A stretch of 53,206 bases of DNA, filler included, from Sluysia triapertura (taxonomy: Eukaryota), in the NCBI GenBank assembly GCA_046118255.1. It is 4 parts of 4 records of this genome, joined end to end, with 100 filler letters (N's around TTAATTAATTAA, not from the genome) between each part and the next. Parts side by side here need not be neighbours in the genome. Positions count along the whole stretch, not along the records: positions 1 to 11,890 come from JBJNIA010160266.1; positions 11,991 to 23,089 come from JBJNIA010188920.1; 2 more parts are not named here. One strand, 5' to 3'. Below are positions 1 to 12,136 of the stretch, in pieces. Positions within the stretch are counted from its first letter, which is position 1. Each line of letters begins with the position of its first letter. The translations under genes and the position numbers were made by a program. The notes beneath the pieces are model-generated. The model was given only the letters and a program-made list of their open reading frames with translations, searched no databases and was not told the origin of the DNA.

Positions 1-376
1 TCAATCACAGGGGACACCACAACCCCTGAAATTGTAAAATAAAAAATAAATTATATATTAATAAATTTAATAGAGTTTAATAAAATTTATTTTAAAATTT
101 TGTTTATTTTTATTTTAAAATTTTTTGTTTGTTTTAATTAATTATTAACAAAATGGAGAATCATAATAGAAATAGGTAAGCTTACATTAATTTTGACACC
201 ACAATTTTTCTATAAATTAAGAAGGCATTTCTTAAAAAATTTTTTAGAATTGTAATTTTTGAACATTTAATTCGATTCATCTTATTCATTTTTGGTTCCC
301 CATTTTTTGTTACATAGAATTTATTTACCGTAAGGGAATAATAAAATTCAGGAAATATAAATTTTTCTTTTTTTAT

Positions 377-685
377 GCAACACCTTAAGAAGAGTTGCGA
401 AACTTATTACTAAACTTGAATAACAGCCAACCTAGGTTGAGCTTGTTCATAAAATTTTATCATTATATTTTTATACCCATTAAACGCTGTAAGTTGTAAA
501 TAATATACCTTAAGTGAATTAATTTGTCTTCATTTACTATAAGGATTTAACAAATTTATTAAATTGATTTTTAAAGCAACACCGTAAGAAAGATAGCGTA
601 ATTTGAATATATTTTATTAGCAACACCTTAAGAATGGTTGCGTAAATATGAATTCATTTTTGTTGAACACCTAAAAAGGGTTGTG
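377..685. repeat. Array of four imperfect palindromic ~23-bp repeats (GCAACACCTTAAGAANNGTTGCG)
   Basis: Copies at 377-399, 576-598, 620-642 and 664-685. The last three have a 44-bp period. Arms are GCAAC...GTTGC. Confidence 0.75.
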
Positions 686-1488
686 AAATTTAACCTAACT
701 AAATAATTTCCAGTAAACTAATTCAGATATACGCCTTATAAAGCGTAGTTGACAGATAAGTTTTAAAATAATTAAAATCCTAATAGCACGTCTTCAAATG
801 TGGTATAAACCATATATATTAGGCGGACCAACTCCTTAGATATTTTGTAAGTTAAGTTTAAATCATTCACTTGAATGATTATGATTATTATTGTAAAACA
901 TTAATACTATTATTATTAATAAATAAATTAGAAATGATACAAATATTAAATATTTACGAAAATATTAAAGTCATTGTTTATGTTAAATGAACTTATTGTA
1001 AAAAATAATGGAAAAATATTAATGGATTTTAAGTTAAAAACATTTTTCAACTAAAATAGATTTTACATTAATGGATTTTAATTTATCTTAATTGCAAAAA
1101 ACATCCATTTTAATTGGCTCAGAAATAATATAAAAAGGAAAATAGTAATTTCAAGGCGCGCTTATTTTAGTACTCTAAAAAATTACTTAGAAAAGAGCAA
1201 CCTTCTAAAAATAGTTTAACACTCCGAAGATAGTGGTTTAGATAATACTATAAAAAGGGATATTTCAAACCAATAGTTGGTGCCATTTCAAGATTCGTAT
1301 CAATTAATCGAGGATATTGTCTAATATATAAAATATTTGATTAAGTAGTAAGTTTAAATTATATAATTTTTGAATACTCGTTAGAGTTAAAAAAAATCAA
1401 CTTAAAATCCTTACGTTTTTGTTGGTCATTATCAATTATCAATTATTGTTGTAACCGAGCCTTCGGACTAAGTCCATTTAAACGAATA

Positions 1489-1534
1489 TTATTATTATTA
1501 TTATTGTTATTGTTATTATTATTATTATTATTAT
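1489..1534. repeat. (ATT)n microsatellite, imperfect
   Basis: Direct reading. Confidence 0.85.
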
Positions 1535-2679
1535 TTGGTTTATATATTATTCATAACCTTGTTAACTTGTCGTTATCACGTTCGTGACCATTATTACTTT
1601 TCATATTCTTCAAGTTATAATACATTTTTAAGGTACGATTCCTTTAATAGCTATTTCTTTAATATCTATTTAAAAGCATTTGAATACTGCATTAATTGAG
1701 ATAATTTATACCAACCCTTGGCCTATATTAATAAAGTATTAAATTAAAGATCATTGGTAAGGAACGTTATTGAACGGACATTGTATTAGTACATACTCAC
1801 GTTACTTACAAATAAGCCTCTTATAAACGGACTCTTAAATTATTTTGGTGATTAGGTTAAGTTTAAGGTATAAAACCACAGCACTATGTTAGATAGTAAA
1901 AATATATAAATATCGTCGATAATTTTGAAACCATACAAGACACATCATCAGTAATTTTGAACATAATGAGACTCATCTTAATTCTGAAATCATCTACACT
2001 TTGTTGATCAACTCACAGTGATAACACGTTCACGGACAGCGACTTCAGAATCACTTTAATTGTGGATAATTCAACAGTTATTATTCAGTAAAAGGCAAAC
2101 GTGAAAAGACAAATATTCTAAAGAAATTAACTAAAGACCCATCAATAACAATTCTATTAATTGCAACTATTTTATTTATAATAGCGATAATGACATTATT
2201 AATGAGCGGTATATTTATTACCATAAAATGCAAAAATACACATTCATCAAATAATGACAATGATAATAATAATCATTATTCGATTCCACGAAATCGTTCA
2301 TTCTTTGCTCCGCCAGGACCACCATTAATACCGCCACCAATTTATGACTATAATAGTAATGCAAGAATTTCTACACATTATAGTGGAATACACGTATTCT
2401 GTTTTACTTTGTATTTGCCTAACTTGCATTTCTGATACTTACTCATGAAAAATAACGAAAAATAGTATAAATAGAAGAATGCTTTATTATAATAATATGC
2501 AACTATCAATTCAATCAAAAAACAGATGAGATAATAGCTATTATTAAAATAATAGACAAGAATCTGACATATTTATCAATGCGATGCTGTTTGGAAAAAT
2601 GGTGCATTACGTCAACCCTTACAAAACTACAAAATACTGGATTATAAAATGTGAAGAATTATTCTAATTCCAATTCTAC

Positions 2680-3020
2680 ATGTGGTGGCCAACCTATTAC
2701 TTTTAACAAATTTTATTTAACAATTTCTTTTTCTTCCGAATTTAACAAAACCACATCCAATTTCAAAATCTTCAATGTTTATTTTAAAACTCATTAAAAA
2801 CACTTTTATAATATCAACACAATCAAAATTTTATTTTTCAATATTGCACAATAACCTTTTTAGAATATACCAAAGTCTAGACTATAATTATCTTCTTTAC
2901 ATCCATTAAACCACTATCTTTTCAAAAACATTTTATTCACAATTCATAACCTTAGAAACACAACATAAGCGTGAGGATAATCTAAAACTTTACAAGTTCA
3001 CAATTCTTTGAGTCTCATCC
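2680..3020 (-). pseudogene. Decayed copy of a dispersed, probably leucine-rich-repeat gene family
   Basis: Nucleotide similarity to 42060-42560: tgtggtggccaacctatt vs tgtggtagtcaacccaatt, and 2922-2949 vs 42420-42448. Minus-strand frames give LxLxNC-like fragments with many stops. Confidence 0.35.
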
Positions 3021-3122
3021 ACACAAAGAAAATCAGTTATATTATTAGTCCCAAATATGTTCAGAAATTAAAAGGAATTTAAGTTTAAGCAAGAGTATGC
3101 AACATTTAAAAGATTTATGTAC

Positions 3123-3168
<46 letters not shown>
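3123..3168. repeat. (AAT)n microsatellite
   Basis: Direct reading. Confidence 0.95.
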
Positions 3169-3170
<2 letters not shown>

Positions 3171-3574
3171 TTCTTGTTATTATTGTTATTATCACCACTT
3201 AATTTTTATCTTTTTTATCATTCAAATTTTCATTATTCAATTTGGTAACTAACACCATCAATGACGACACTTATAGTTCATGTGTACAGTTCAGTGTCAT
3301 TATTGATGTTGGTCGTGATGACAATTTATTGTGTACTCAATTAGCTAATATTATGCATTTTTATTGACTGCCCAATTGAAATCATTAATCTTAGTTACGT
3401 TACGTGTTTTAATTGGGCAGCCACTAGTACTGCTAAATAGATTAAACAGAAAATTTTTGACAAAAATTTTTTTTTGATTAAGCAGTCAGAAATAACAACT
3501 AAAATTTATTATTGACTACTACGACACAATATTATGATTAATCAAAAAGTTAAAATTCTTGGTAGCTAAAAATT

Positions 3575-5450
3575 ATGACAAAATCGTTTCAAGAATCATC
3601 TCATGTTAATGTAAAAAGTTATAACCAGTTTATGAAAATTCACAAAAAGTATGTCGACTTAAATTATGAAATGACGGAATTAAAGATTCGTAAGGAAGTA
3701 ACTTGTGGTAAAGAAAAGATAAAGCCGTTCTCTCTCTTTAAGGAAGGTGAAACCATGAAAGTTTATAATCGTCTAAGAAGTGAAGTTCAAAATCAAGATA
3801 ATTCAATCCCGATCGATAGTAATTCTCATGAGTGTAAAGAAGCATAATTGTTAAAGATAAAAGTTGATAATAAAATTCAAGAATTTGTAATGTCAAAACT
3901 GGAAAACGATGAATTAAGGAACGAAAATAAGAAATTGTTAGATGAGTTAAATAGTTTCGAAACTAATGTTAAGGTTATCGTAAAAGAACGGCTTCAATTA
4001 AAGCAATTTGCTACCTGTGAGTAAAGAAAGTGATGTAATTACAAATGAAACTAATTGGCTACATCAATACTGTGTTCATGAAATGATTATATTACAAAGT
4101 AAGAATGTCCTGTACGATCAGTCATCATTAGATGTAAATAATGTAATAGATATAGTAAGTCAATGTATTATTAAAGACATTATTATTATCTTGAGACTGA
4201 ACAAAACGAGGAATGGATTAATAAAATGCAAAGCCAGTGTATCAAACACAAGAAATGAATCAAGTACTTGATCAATGATGTTTTTAAGTTGCCATTAATG
4301 TTTATTAATAATCAAAGAACGAAACGCAATCTTCTAAAAATAAAAGATGAAGTTGAAAAGATCCAACAAAGCTTAATCAGTATACAAACTGATTTATTCA
4401 AAGTATACGATACAAACGGTGAAAACGTCATTAATATTACGGAGTCCAAGATCAACAAAGATTCGCCAATGTTTTTACACGACGTCATCAGTCAAATTTG
4501 CTGAACAACACCTATCCTAACAATAATATTTATTCATTAAGAATTCTCAATGAATGCGCCGATTTTCTACTATCAATGGAAGATATTAATAACTTAAACG
4601 ATACAACTGCCAACATCACTAGGAAATTAAAAGTAATTGACTTTCCTAATATTTTTAAAATATTTGTCATTGTTATTTATCATTGTTAAGAAGCGCGAAT
4701 TCGAAACTAGTTCAATATCGTGTTATAAATGGACAAAATTCTAAAATAACATTTAAAAAATTCAATGATTTTAATAAAATTCGTTATGAATTGTCTTTTA
4801 TAATTTTTCATGGTTGTGTAAAATTGAAAATTTTAAAAATTGTAGTAGCATATAAAGTTAATAAATATTTAACTACTATAAAGACGAACAATTTTAAATT
4901 TTTGATTAATGTAGATCAAGGCAATTTAAAATTAAGAACTATAAAGTCATGTTAACTATAGATAGGACAATATATACACAAAATCAGTAGATTCAAACCA
5001 ACCCTTATATATTCCTCGATGGAATGGCGATAAAATGTCCAATATTAGCGAAAAATGATAGTCATAATTTAGTCAAGATAACAGCCAGTCAAGCTGATTC
5101 ATTGTTACCTATAATACATGTATGGATTGTTACTATTAATGAAACATTAAATACCAATGTATTTTGGCTATTTAAGAGACCATTTATTACAAACAACAAT
5201 GAAAAATAAAAAAGTTCGTAAGTACTATAAGGATAACATACTAAAATCTTTAGCAATTAATAACACTAAAATAACTAATCTACAAAATGATAATAACGTA
5301 ACATTAATTATTATCGAACAAAATGATATTAAAATTAACCTATATTTTTATGTCTTGATAATTATGCTTTATTCTACACTTATGGTTAATAACATTATAA
5401 AGAGTATCATAAAGTTTTCATTAAATAAAAATGACTTAAGACAAAAATAA
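3575..5450 (+). pseudogene. Decayed intronless gene(s) of unknown function, possibly viral or TE derived
   Basis: Seven abutting or overlapping same-strand ORFs separated by stops and frameshifts. Coiled-coil-like segments, an RTKR motif near 4316, and a hydrophobic stretch near the end. Confidence 0.45.
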
Positions 5451-5717
5451 ATATTTACCAACCATTAAAGTGTAGGATATAACGACGTTTAGAGAATGAG
5501 CAGTCATCAGTGACGGTTTTCTTCTGTATGACAGGCTGCTCAACTCTATTACTGTCATTTAAAATTTATGTACATATTAGTTTTTAAGATTTTTCTTATA
5601 AAATATTGTTTTTAAAATCATGTGTAATTTTTAAATAATTTTTTGTTTAATATTATTATCTTATTATATCTTTTTGTTTTTTATTTTCTTCCTTTAAAAT
5701 TGTATCTTACAATTTAG

Positions 5718-5848
5718 AATATGAAATTATTATTCGTTGCCCAATCTGTCAAAAGAGCATACACAAAAAATACGTAAAACACCTTGCGACCATAAGGCAC
5801 ATTTTAAATACATGGCGAGTTGTTTCAATTCTCTGTAGTAGTCAGTGA
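5718..5848 (+). CDS. Putative exon encoding a C2H2 (matrin/U1-like) zinc finger
   Basis: Acceptor tttag at 5717, then EYEIIIRCPICQKSIHKKYVKHLATIRH (C-x2-C...H-x5-H). Confidence 0.35.
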
Positions 5849-6063
5849 GCTGTCTATTTTTTTTGTATAAAAAAATAACCCATTTCTAAAAAAGAGTAAC
5901 AAATAATTTAATTTCTCTTAGTTCTTTTTATTTGTTTCATTTTCCTAAAATACATAAGGATCTATTAGAATATTAATAAAGAAATGAAATTATCAATTAT
6001 GAACTAATGATTATTTTTCATAGTTACAATTTTTATATATTTTATGAATTATTCTTGTATTTA

Positions 6064-6851
6064 GAAAAACAATAATGTCGAATTATCCACTTGCACATAT
6101 AATAAACTATTAATTCCTTCTGTAATGGAATCGATAGATTTTGCTGTAACAATCATACTCCATCTACATTCTTAGATTCAAAATCAACTCCGAATTTTCT
6201 TAAAAATGAAATGAACTTGCACTTTATTACTTATCTTTATGGAATGAATACAATTCAACCACTATTGAACATTCAAACATTAGGTTTTCCAGTAGGTAAA
6301 GGCTTGATTTTAATAGCAGCAGCTAGATGAGCACTGAAAGCATCTCTATTTTTCAATGGTTTTCCTCTACACTCTCATTTACAAGGATTCTCCTCTAATT
6401 ACTAAAAATAATTTGAAAAGATTCAGAATTCAAGTGGAAACTGAAGAATTGCCAACAACATTTTGAGAAATCGATGGATATAATAGATTTAACAAGTTTT
6501 CTATTATTATGTGAATCAGATGTTGATAATTTACCACGTGAAGATAGAGCTAATAAGAACAATTTAATTTTTATAGCAATCAATTTAGCAATAGATTTTC
6601 ATGACAAACATCAAATTATCCGAGCTGGTTTCACACCATATCTTAAACAGTTCCATTCTGAGGAACTTATAAAACCAAGAATGAGAATTAAGAAGTTTCT
6701 TACAATGGAACACGGATTGCATGAAAATGATCTAAAGGATGCGAAAGATATTGCAGAAATAAGAAAGTTTTGGTTAATTAAGTTATACGATAAGGTACTA
6801 GTAACCTGCCTACCTGTATTCATCATTAAAACATTTCAAATACCTGATTAA
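6064..6851 (+). pseudogene. Decayed intronless coding region, unknown product
   Basis: Protein-like frames broken by stops and frameshifts, ending in the 125-aa ORF 6474-6851. Confidence 0.3.
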
Positions 6852-9592
6852 ATGCTATAACTTTTATCCTCAAATTATGAATATTCAATTTTTTTGTGCT
6901 TGATTCGATTAGTTTATCATTTATTTCTTTATTTTTATCAATACTTATTTTATTTAATGGCTCCTTAAGTTCTCTTCAATTCTTAATCAAATAAAAAGGT
7001 ATATAACATAAACAAAAATGTTAAAATAATGTAGTTGTAATTATTACACCAATAACTGAAAATAAAAATATGAATTATTACTAGAAACAGAATTTCTAAT
7101 ATTTCTTTAATTTTGGTAATTAAAATATTATCTCTTAATAAACTACCACAACACATAATTAAAACTGATGGAATACATATGAACAGACTAAATTTATAGG
7201 ATTAAATAGTGAATTAGCAAGTCGAATATCAATTTTTCCAAATATAAAAATCGTTCACAAACCACAGATTAATTTTTTCTAATTAATCCAAACTTGTTTT
7301 TCCAATTAGATCAAGATCGATTGTCAAAAAACCAAATTATAAAAACCGTTAACTCTTCGCTTGTAAAGTGACGACCATGAAGTCTGACCAATTAATTGTG
7401 TCAATTATAATTTTGTCACAGCCTTTTATATCTATTTCGTATGTATATAATAAAAATCTTAAATTACGATTTATTTAATTTATATTCTCAATGTAACATT
7501 TACAAATGTGAGTTTTATTTATTTAAATAAATGATTCAGAATAATGCCCAACATATTATTTATTTAGTTTTGTTTATTTAGGTATTCTCGGCTCGGTTAT
7601 TTATATTTATTGTTATATTATTATTATTATCATAATTATTATTATTAAGTTAATTTCAGGTGATTGAGTCGAATACCAATAATGTGTTGAAGCTTTACAA
7701 AAAATAATTATGAATAATTATACGTTTAGAAGTAAAATAATTAAACAGATTATAAGTAACAATTATTATTACAAAATTGCTTCTGAAAATTACTATAAAA
7801 GAAGCAGAATTTAGAATAACAGAACAATAACACGAAAGTAACAGTAACTTCGATTTCACAAGAGAAGATAATTTCGAAAACAAAACTGACAAAATTTTAA
7901 TTTGTCAATCTATAATCGCAGCATCAACTAGCGATATTCGATATTCGAAGATATGTTTTTCAGTTACAATATTTTATTCCATGAATGCGTAAGCTTATTT
8001 TTATTGAATTTTAAACTCTATTTTAACGGATGAGACAATATCGTAGGTAAACTCTCACAATTTTTACAGCTATTTTAATGGTAGCTTTAAAATATCAATA
8101 AACTCACTTTGTTTAATATGCAATAACTATTATTTATTATTGTAACATTTTTATTTGTCCTTTGTACGATTTTATAATTTTGTTCATTCTGCACAAACCA
8201 GTGATTTTTTTGAAAATATTTTCGAATTTGTTTGAATTACTAGGCGAAAAATCATGTAGACCATCTTTACTCTAGGAATATAAATCGACTTCTACAGGTA
8301 AACTCAACCTTAGATAAACTAGTTTGTTAAGATTAAGATAAGTAGCTAATAAAAACTGAAAGATAAAGCCGAGTTTATATTTGAAATTTATAAATTTATT
8401 TTTAATCAAGAAACTACTTCAATTGGATGATTAGGATGTGACATCAAACAGTTTCCGATTAGCTGCCTCATTGTTAATATATTGTATCCCATTGTGGCGA
8501 ATACAGGAATTGTTTAAATTTTTGATTTAGTATAGCATGTTTAGAAAATTCTTAAATATTTTATCTATTTAAAAATTAGTAAATCTTTTATTAATTTAAT
8601 TGTTACTAATTCAGCAATTCATTTATTTTTTAGGAAATCCATCAGTAAATTTATTAATTTATTTTTAGAAATACTCTTTAGGCAAATTAATCTATTATTA
8701 CTCAGGATGTTATTAATTCGTATCTTTATAGGAGCTTCAGAAGAAAATATTGTACCACAGCAATTGGAAATTTTTCCTACGAAAAGTGGCATTGGATTTT
8801 TTAACTGCCAAAAAATACTGCAACACCTTTTCGAAAACTAAAAAGGCAGACGCACCACACATTTGCGACAACGGCCTCAAAAGGAAGAACTGATGCGTCA
8901 CTTGTAGCGCTAGTGTTAATGTTATTATTTATAATAATTTCAATCTGACACAATAAATAATAAAATAAGATTCTAAAAAGTACTTAAATCATTTTTTAGT
9001 AAATTGAATGTATCGAAATTATGAAACAATGCTACGCTAAATTGTTATTATAAATTTACGGTACAACAGAAGACAACACAGTATAACAAAATAACTGCGC
9101 TGCTTGATAAATTTCCTAATTGGCAAAATTTTAAATTAGAACTAGTTTAGTCGGGTTTCAAAAAAGCATCATGTACACTTGTTCTACTTTTGTCTATTGT
9201 ATTCAAATTATGCAGAACGTAGAAATATAAAATAGAACGCAGTTATATTACCAAAATGAGCATCGAACTTACCATTCGAAGTACAAATACAGAACCGACT
9301 TGAAAAAGTAAATTAACACGTCTCTAAATTTGAAAAGTGATATATACTTACAATTCGATCTTGAAAATGGAGCCAAGGGTTCTCTTTCATTGACAACTTC
9401 AAACTCGACTTTAACCAACTTTAAAATACAAGACAAAACTTCGTGACTTTATATAAACGTGATACCACTCAAATAAATTAAATATTGTTATTTAACATCA
9501 GTATAAAATTTTAACATTAATTTGAGAATTTTTATACTTTCACGAAAATTTAAAAATTTCAATTTCTATCTTTAAAATGTAAAGTCAATTAC

Positions 9593-9919
9593 CTGATTTA
9601 AAAATTGATTACATGGAAAAGCTAATATACGAAGACCTTTCACAGCGAATTCTTTATACAAGTGCTCTAACTGTGAATAGTTCTCATCAGCCAAACCTCA
9701 TTCGGATGCTACATTCACAATCACTACAACATTACCTCTGAAATCGTAGTAAAATAAAACTTAAAACTTTCTATCAAATTACCTGTATTTACTTAACGAA
9801 ACTTCTTCACCATCAATTGTCGTGACATTAAATTCATAAATTGATTTAGAATTTTCCCACTCAACTGATTTACTAACACAAATTAATGAAAAAAACACAA
9901 AGCTTAGGAAATTTAACAT
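9593..9919 (-). CDS. GPX4: Selenocysteine-containing glutathione peroxidase (GPx4/PHGPx type), first two exons: complement(join(9783..9919,9593..9737)); 3' part not found
   Basis: Spliced translation MLNFLSFVFFSLICVSKSVEWENSKSIYEFNVTTIDGEEVSLSKYR GNVVVIVNVASE-U-GLADENYSQLEHLYKEFAVKGLRILAFPCNQFLNQ. GPx motifs VNVAS-x-U-G and LAFPCNQF are present. The in-frame TGA at 9698-9700 is at the catalytic position. There is a 45-nt GT-AG intron and a GTAATT donor after exon 2. Confidence 0.92.
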
Positions 9920-10065
9920 AATAAAATGCAAATCTTATAATAATTAGCTCATGCAAAACAAAATATAAAAACAAGTTTAGTTGTTAATTTTTTAATGAAA
10001 ATTAAAACAAATAATTTAAAAATTATATTTAAGTTTTTGCATAAATTAAACAAAATATAAAATAT

Positions 10066-10590
10066 TTAAATTTTACATTTTAACCCATATTCTTCTAATA
10101 AAATAGCAATAATTTCTCTGAGTAACGGTAAAGAAATGTTATCTTTAGTAACTGCACCTGTCAATTCTAAAATTAAAATACAATGCCAGAGAAATAGTTC
10201 TTCTTCTTTGCTAATAAACTTAATGTCAGCATTACCTTCATCAGATTCATTTTCATTAACGTTCATGCCATGTAAAATTACATCCGAAGTTTCTATATTT
10301 ATATTGTCAATTGATTCAGTGAGTTTATCAATCAAATTAGGATGCTTAAGTTTTAAAAAGTGATAAAAAATGTCTGTCTGTTGACTAATTTTTTCGTTTA
10401 ACATTTCCAATAGCATTTTTATAATTTTAGTGTGGTCCTTCACTTTAAAGGATCCATCTATAGCTTTGTGCATAACGGATTTCATAGTTTTGTCAATAAA
10501 TATAGATAAATCATTATAATAAATATTTGGATTTATTGCTCGAATATTTTTTGTTTTCTGATTAGTAATAAATTCATCTTTGATATTCAT
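10066..10590 (-). CDS. Intact intronless 174-aa hypothetical protein
   Basis: ATG-to-stop ORF that is long for such AT-rich DNA, with helical protein-like composition. No family recognised. Confidence 0.55.
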   Translation of the reverse strand: MNIKDEFITNQKTKNIRAINPNIYYNDLSIFIDKTMKSVMHKAIDGSFKVKDHTKIIKMLLEMLNEKISQQTDIFYHFLKLKHPNLIDKLTESIDNINIETSDVILHGMNVNENESDEGNADIKFISKEEELFLWHCILILELTGAVTKDNISLPLLREIIAILLEEYGLKCKI

Positions 10591-11890
10591 TACTATTTAA
10601 TCAATAATTTTATAGTAATGATAAAGTAAATATATACATTTTAATTGTAATTTATTATTTAACATGTAAATTAAAATATTATAAAAATAATAACAAATAT
10701 AATAACTACAAATAAAATGTTTTTAAAATATTGATACTATTAAATGATATGGTTAAATAAAATAACTCAAAAAATAAATAACTTTGCATTCAAAATATGC
10801 TTTAATGCAAATAAGTAATTTTTTTTAAATTATTAAATTCTAATTTAAATAATAATTTTATCTTGATATATTTGCTGTAGTTTTCTTAACTGTATAGGAC
10901 TTAAGACGCATAGTGGGAGTTCTTGTAACTGTCAGTTGACCTATTTTAACTTAATTAATAAGGACATTTGGTGTGGCGATTACTACTCTAAGGATATATC
11001 TACTCTGTAATAGTTAAAGGGTCATAATATCAAAGATGTAATTCTACAATTCAGTCTTACCTGTTCTACAAATTAAGTCAGTCACAAAAATTTATTAAAT
11101 AAAATTATATTTAAATATTAAATGTAGCAAAAAGAATAACGATATAAAAATGAATTATTTTATAATGAAAACATTTTCAGGTCTTTCATTTTCATACTTC
11201 AGAATTTAAATTTATATTTTCATTCATTAAATTTGGATAAAAAGGAATTTAAAATGATTTGACCTAATATTTTATTATTTTACTTATTTAATGGAAACTG
11301 TTGTTTTATTTGTTAATAAAACAAGATCGCGCCTATGCGCTTTATCCAAATAAATTAAATTTTTTAAAAATAATGAAGTTAAAATGAGATTTTGATCGAA
11401 CTAATGCTAGTATATACACCAGTCATCAGTCAATCAAAATCCATGGAATTTCTCGAAAATTCTAGAATTTTCGATTTCTTTTTTTTAGAAAGTAGCATTT
11501 TATTTTTTGGGGGGAAATAACCCCAGACACCAATTTGAGGGTGTTGTAAGGTTGTACCAGACTTTTATGGTTATATGATGAAATGTTTGATAATTAATGT
11601 TATGTGAATTGTTTTGAAGGTTTGAGAATGACAAAACTTTTTGTATTATATTGAAAATATTTAAATAAAGACAGTATGACATACGTACAGGTATTAGTAA
11701 GATCAGGTAGAAACGTAAGCTTATATAAGGCGTAAGTGATAATGTTGAAATAAACGGATTAAAGCAATATAAATTAGCTGGTGATATGATAAGATTGGTT
11801 TGATTATGGTGACACTTATATTCTGACATTTCGTATAGTATTACATAAAGTTTTAGAGTAGTCTTATGATCAATTAAAGATATCTTATCT

Positions 11891-11990
11891 NNNNNNNNNN
11901 NNNNNNNNNNNNNNNNNNNNNNNNNNNNNNNNNNTTAATTAATTAANNNNNNNNNNNNNNNNNNNNNNNNNNNNNNNNNNNNNNNNNNNN
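11891..11990. other. Artificial contig-joining linker (44N-TTAATTAATTAA-44N)
   Basis: Identical 100-nt structure occurs three times; the core has stops in all six frames. Confidence 0.98.
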
Positions 11991-12136
11991 ACTGACAAGA
12001 GCCAGAGGACATACAGATACAGACAAATATATATACATAAATGTGTATATACACACATATTATATATATATATGTTTTTTTTTTTATTTATTATTTTTTA
12101 TAATTTTATGTCAAAAAGCACTGTTGGTCAACTCAC

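Noticed and set aside
377-685. CRISPR array
   Set aside because: Repeats are degenerate, spacers are ~21 bp, AT-rich and similar to each other, no cas genes are present, and the context is eukaryotic.
6843-6963. Candidate third GPx exon starting EPL on minus
   Set aside because: The acceptor is weak and the 40-codon frame has no GPx similarity after EP.
8840-8912. Hammerhead ribozyme in a small GC-rich island
   Set aside because: It has CTGATGC rather than the CUGAUGA core, and no correctly placed GAAA and stems.
11935-11946. TTAATTAATTAA as a biological motif
   Set aside because: It is an assembly linker embedded in fixed-length N runs.
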